Below, in pieces: positions 17,481 to 21,800 of a DNA stretch of 21,800 nucleotides. The stretch's first letter is position 1; each line of letters begins with the position of its first letter. Source of the DNA: a virus. Made by a program: the position numbers and the translations under genes. Under the pieces are notes generated by a model. It did no database searches. It saw only the letters and a program-made list of their open reading frames with translations, and had not been told where the DNA came from. Where the stretch lies: IMG/VR virus record IMGVR_UViG_3300021254_000251, positions 1 to 21,800 of that record; one strand, given 5' to 3'.

Positions 17481-19955
17481 ATGGCGCAGACTACTTATGG
17501 TTCAATTACACTTACTTCTTATAATTCTATAACAAAAATAGAAGTTTATTATTATAAATCAACTAGTGCCGTGGCTCTCTCTGGGGGGTCGTGGTCTACT
17601 ACTAATCCCACTTGGGAAAATGGTAAATATATATGGCAGAAAATTAAAACGCTTTATGAAGATGGATCAAGCACAGAAAGTGATGCAGTAAATATTACAG
17701 GTCAGCAAGGTAAATCTGGTGAAGCTGCATTTTCATATAAGTTAACTTCATCTGAATCTGTAATTGTATTATTAAAAACAGGAGAATATTCAACTAATTA
17801 GATTACTTTCAACGCGACATATAAACAGGGCAATAATCCAATTGCATCATATGATGGTGGATTTGTTATTCAATATTCAATAAATGGCGTTGAATGGGTT
17901 ACAGATTATACGTCATTAGAGAATGAATCATCTAAAATTTACACCGTACCTGAAAATATATTAATTATTAAGTGTTTATTATATCAAACTAAAGATTGTG
18001 ATGAATTACTAGATATTATAACTGTTCCCATTGTCAAAGATGGTATTGATGGAACTGGAGTGATGACTAATTTATTCCCTATTTATTTAGTATCTGATAA
18101 AGATAAAGGTATAACTCTTGATGATCATGGGTGGACAAGATTTAAACCATCACTTGATACTGAAAACAAATATTTATGGATTGATTATATTTCAAGATAT
18201 GCTGAAGGTAATATAAAGCCACAGTTGATTGAAAAGACTGGTAATAAAATTGCTTTTGACTATCATGGTGAGAGAAGTCCTTTTGAAAGCATAATTATTG
18301 ACATTACACCCGTTCAATCTGGAAGTGGCGCACCCTCTTTAGGTAACAAACGCCATATAAGTGGTTGGACAAGTATTGATATAAGGCAGGCTGATATTAA
18401 TCTTATGCCCTATGAAGCAGGAAAATATATGCTGGGTTTATCAGAAGATAGTGGCACTCTTAATAATTAGATATTAAATTTAGAAAACACAATGTTTACG
18501 ATACAAGGAGACACCTTAATCATTACAAAGGGCGATTTAGGAACACATATTGCATTTCCTGAAGAAGTTGGCACTGTTTATGGTGGTAAATACAATGTTA
18601 CTACAGGTGTATTAATGATCACACATGGTTATATTGATAAATATAATAATGAGCCTCTTCCTTCAACTTGGATTTCTGATCGTGATGTATATGTAAAAGG
18701 CACTAAACCGTCAGTTGATGCATAGGTAGTTTTTGAATTGAGTGAACCCCTAGTATATGAATTAACGCCTCAGGAAATTATGATTTTTGAACATTCAAAT
18801 TCTATTTATGCTTCTACGGGCGATATATCAATTTCTTATTATGATTATCAAACTATGACCAGTCCTTACATAGATTATGCGCTTGTGTCTGTTTTTGATG
18901 CTTCTACTGCTGCATTAGAAGAGGCGACTCAATTAAAACAAGATTTTCAAGAATTACAAGAAGATATTCAAACACAACTTGACCAAAAAGTTGAAACATG
19001 GTGTCAAATTAATGACCCCGCCCTGTCTTGGACTACAACTGATTTAAAATAGCAGCATAATGGAGACATTTGGTATTATATCGGAGAATCTAATATGTCA
19101 TATAAAAATAATACGACTTATAAATATGTGGCTTCAACAGGAAAATGGATGCCATATGCAGTAAGTGCTGATCTTTTTGATAAAATAGATATGAAAACTA
19201 CTATTTATTATGGTGAAATTACAGATACATTCTCTAATATAGAAGCAGGTGATTATCTTGTAGATTCTACGAATGGAAGCACTTATAGATATGAAAATGA
19301 CCAATGGATTAAAGTAACAGATTATACCTCTGCTATAAATGAATTAGAGTAGAAAATTTTAACAGCTTTAAATAATAAAGTAAATAGAACTGGAGATACT
19401 TTTACAGCTTCTGTGGGTATTAATAATGGATACCTTTTAGCAAAGCATGATGACAACTAGTGTTATCTTGAAGCTATGGGGGAAGCAGGTGGTAAAGCAC
19501 GATTAATGTCTATGAAAGATAGTCCAATTATTGGTCTTTATGGTGTTTATAATGATGCAAGTCAATGGTCAGTTCAACATGATTGTAGTACAAATAAAAC
19601 AGAATTACCAGCATTAGTTATGAGTAGTTCCGCGTCTGGAACAGTCGGATCTTCATTCTCTGGGGCATCTCAAAAATATTGTTATTTATATAAAATTGGT
19701 AAGATTGTATTTATGAGTATGAGTTTAGGGTATTCAGATAACTCGACTACTATAGCTACGAATACAACTTTATTCACTGTTCCTACAGGTTATAGACCCG
19801 CGGCTGAAGCACGTCTACCTGCGCAAATTGATAGCAAAACGTCTGCTCAAAGTTATCCAGCAAGTATAACTGTAGCAACTAATGGTCAAATTCAGCAAAA
19901 TACTAGTAGCGCGGCGACAGGTATTTATTGTTTCGGTATGTGGGAAACCAATTAA
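17481..19955 (+). CDS. Tail fibre protein with phage-tail-repeat-like motifs, 824 codons with 6 in-frame TAG
   Basis: RBS aaggaagg and ATG 17481. ORF-track fragments 17481.., 18060.., 18492.., 18738.., 19095.. and 19476..19955 are all frame 0 and joined by TAG only, ending TAA 19953..19955. N-terminal SITLTSYNSITKIEVYYYKSTSAVALSGGSWSTTNPTWENGKYIWQKIKTLYEDGSS and later KYLWIDYISRYAEG fit the Y...T.P.....Y.W.R phage-tail-repeat pattern. Ser/Thr-rich C-terminal domain. Confidence 0.7.
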
Positions 19956-19974
19956 TTAAAAGGAGGTGATTAAG

Positions 19975-20946
19975 ATGGATGATAATGTAATTATAGCTAA
20001 ATTTAATCATAATTCAGAAATCACAACTAAACCAAGCACTCAATGGAATCGTGGGCAAATTCTTAAAATTAAAGGAATCCATGATTTACCGTCTACTTTT
20101 GAGGTAGAAACTTCCAATTATAGAGAGTATGGTGCCAAAAGATATTTAGGTTAGAATTATGAATTCGTAATTCCAGATGAATATTTTGAATCTGGGAAAA
20201 TGATTTATATCTGGATTATGAAACGAGTCGAGTCTTCAGATATTACATCAAAATATCTTGTGAAAATTCCACTTAGGACACGTCAGAAGCCTTTAGATTA
20301 TGATGTAGATTCTGAAAAAAGGGACATTGTAGCAGAAGCTATTGTTGCTTTACAGAACGCTGAAACAGAAATTAATTCTAAAATGGATGATGTTATTGAA
20401 TATGAACAAAAGATAACTAAAGTTGAAGAATCATTTAATAATCTGACAGCATTGGCAACTACTCTCCCGCCCGGTTCTGAGGCGACTGTTGATAAGTCAA
20501 AAGATGAAGAAGGAAATTATATGATCTTCAACTTTGGCATCCCTAAGGGAGAAAAAGGTGATAAGGGCGACACTGGTGCCAAGGGCGATAAGGGTGATAC
20601 ATATACTCTTACTCCACAAGATAAGACTGATATTATCAATGCATATAAAGAAGATATGACTGAACAAACCAATCAGATATTGGCCAACTTACGGGAAGAA
20701 GTGGATGAAACTATGACCACAATGGAACGGCATGAACAGACTGCGAAACAGTATTCTGATCAATCTGTCGCGTCAGCTGAGTCTGCACAAGTAAGCGCTG
20801 ATAGGGCTGAACAGGCTGCAAGTCAAGGTGGTTACATGTATTTTACTATTGAAGATGGTAATTTAATTATGGAAAAGACATCTAACGTAGATGTTGATTT
20901 CAGTATTGAAGATGGAAATTTATATATGGAGGTGGGGAATGTATGA
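19975..20946 (+). CDS. Tail fibre/fibre-associated protein with a short collagen-like G-X-Y repeat (GEKGDKGDTGAKGDKGDT); 323 codons with 1 in-frame TAG (20152..20154)
   Basis: RBS aaaggagg 19959..19966 and ATG 19975. The ORF-track pieces 19966..20154 and 20200..20946 are in the same frame and separated only by the TAG. Ends with TGA 20944..20946, overlapping the next ATG (ATGA). Confidence 0.6.
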
Positions 20947-21173
20947 GTGATCTTGTAAAAAAAGACTTGGGTACTGTAAGTGCTTATAAGTATGCTAAGT
21001 TGCATGGTTATACGGGTACTGAAGATGAATTCGGAGTGCTTATGGCTAGTTATGCAAGTGTTGCGCAAGAAGCTAGGCAGTTTGCTCAAAGTGCAAGTCA
21101 GTCTGCTGAAGCGACACGGAATTTATTTAATAGTATTCGAGTAGTAGATACAACACTTGAGATAGGAGAATAA
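20943..21173 (+). CDS. Small protein (76 aa) between fibre genes; Ala/Ser/Gln-rich helical C-terminal half
   Basis: ORF track. Start overlaps the upstream stop (ATGA), suggesting translational coupling. TAA at 21171..21173. Confidence 0.5.
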   Translation: MSDLVKKDLGTVSAYKYAKLHGYTGTEDEFGVLMASYASVAQEARQFAQSASQSAEATRNLFNSIRVVDTTLEIGE

Positions 21174-21175
21174 AT

Positions 21176-21800
21176 ATGAGTGTAATAGATAAAATTAAAC
21201 TTGATGGGACTACCTATGATGTAGGTAAGACGCCCGATACCACTCTTGCTGTTAGCGGATCTCCTGCTGATGCTGCAAAAGTTGGTACTGAATTAGATAA
21301 AAAAGTAGATAAAGTCACGGGAAAAGGACTGAGCACAGAAGATTTTACTACAGCTGAAAAAACAAAGTTGGCTGGAATTGCTGAAGGAGCAACAGCACTG
21401 ACGATTGACCCGACACTGACGAAGGAAGGGCAGGCCGCAGATGCGTCTGAGACTGGGAATAAAATAACTAGTTTAAAGGAAGATTTAGATGAGAACGTTA
21501 ATGATTTAAAGAGCGGTATTATAAATGTCATCGACACAACCCTTGAACTTACCCGCAAAGCACCGGAATCTGTGGCAAATAACTACGGGCTTTTGTCTAC
21601 TGGATATGCAAAATACAATACAAGCTGTTGTGTGCTTAAATACCCTGTCACAGAAGGAAGCACCATACTCATTAAATCCCCGACTCCCGCAGTAAGCAAT
21701 TATGCAAGTTTCCAGTTCCAGAGTGCTGCAGGTGCTTCAGAATCAAGCAACGTCAATCTTGTGGGGACACCTTACACAACGAAGACCTACGGTTATATCG
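21176..21800 (+). CDS. Tail fibre / receptor-binding protein (N-terminal part; continues beyond window)
   Basis: ATG 21176, 2 nt after the previous TAA. Hand translation gives MSVIDKIKLDGTTYDVGKTPDTTLAVSGSPADAAKVGTELDKKVDKVTGKGLSTEDFTTAEKTKLAGIAEGATALTIDPTLTKEGQAADASETGNKITSLKEDL.... The DKV.GKGLS..DFT..EK.KL.GIE.GA block is a motif I recognise from tail fibres and hyaluronidase N-termini of Gram-positive phages. Open to the end of the window with no TAG/TAA/TGA. Confidence 0.7.
   Translation, partial: MSVIDKIKLDGTTYDVGKTPDTTLAVSGSPADAAKVGTELDKKVDKVTGKGLSTEDFTTAEKTKLAGIAEGATALTIDPTLTKEGQAADASETGNKITSLKEDLDENVNDLKSGIINVIDTTLELTRKAPESVANNYGLLSTGYAKYNTSCCVLKYPVTEGSTILIKSPTPAVSNYASFQFQSAAGASESSNVNLVGTPYTTKTYGYI

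Noticed and set aside
7234-20154. ORF-track entries 7234..7449(+), 10787..11011(-), 16654..16848(-), 20832..21089(-)
   Set aside because: They are antisense or alternate-frame ORFs inside supported genes. They are AT-rich with hydrophobic low-complexity translations and have no start context.
20200-20946. Treating 20200..20946 as an independent gene starting at its first ATG
   Set aside because: It is in the same frame as 19975..20154 and separated only by one TAG, in a genome where TAG is demonstrably sense. There is no RBS before 20200, whereas a strong aaaggagg precedes 19975.
21214-21558. 114-aa minus-strand ORF
   Set aside because: Antisense to the tail-fibre gene 21176..>21800, which has a strong conserved fibre motif. 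The translation is Ser/Val/Ala-rich with no features.
1-21800. Search for tRNA (especially a suppressor tRNA-CUA), rRNA, CRISPR arrays, integrase/att sites
   Set aside because: No cloverleaf-like GC-rich segment, no direct-repeat/spacer array and no recombinase motif were recognisable in the intergenic regions (3612..3721, 4478..4556, 7639..7794, 16536..16644). These regions are extremely AT-rich and are better explained as promoters and terminators. The suppressor tRNA, if phage-encoded, must lie outside this window.

Overview
This AT-rich window looks like part of a phage genome and splits into two oppositely oriented modules. The left module (1..7638, minus strand) reads as ordinary standard-code genes: an RNA-repair cassette, a zinc-ribbon/DUF559-type endonuclease, several small hypothetical ORFs, a convincing major vault protein (MVP) homolog of 829 aa, and a 183-aa protein with a Lys/Glu/Arg-rich tail. 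The cassette is a metallophosphoesterase, a T4-Pnk-like polynucleotide kinase and an Rnl-type RNA ligase, and a secreted cell-wall-binding-repeat protein sits inside it. The right module (7795..21800, plus strand) is a virion/tail-fibre operon whose genes can only be read if TAG is a sense codon. By hand count about 60 TAG codons interrupt the long reading frames, always in the same frame within a gene, and genes end with TAA or once TGA. So the phage uses a recoded genetic code (TAG most likely Gln) for its late structural genes. One early-module gene, the endonuclease, also needs read-through of a TAG to complete its nuclease domain. The last ~1.6 kb (tail-fibre genes with a collagen-like repeat and the GKGLSTEDFT...KLAGIAEGA fibre motif) is nearly TAG-free and visibly more GC-rich, which suggests a recently acquired receptor-binding module. 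A Gram-positive (Firmicutes-like) host is suggested by strong GGAGG ribosome-binding sites, cell-wall-binding repeats and Firmicutes-phage-type fibre motifs. No tRNA, rRNA or CRISPR array was recognised in the window. All homology statements come from reading motifs by eye, not from database searches.
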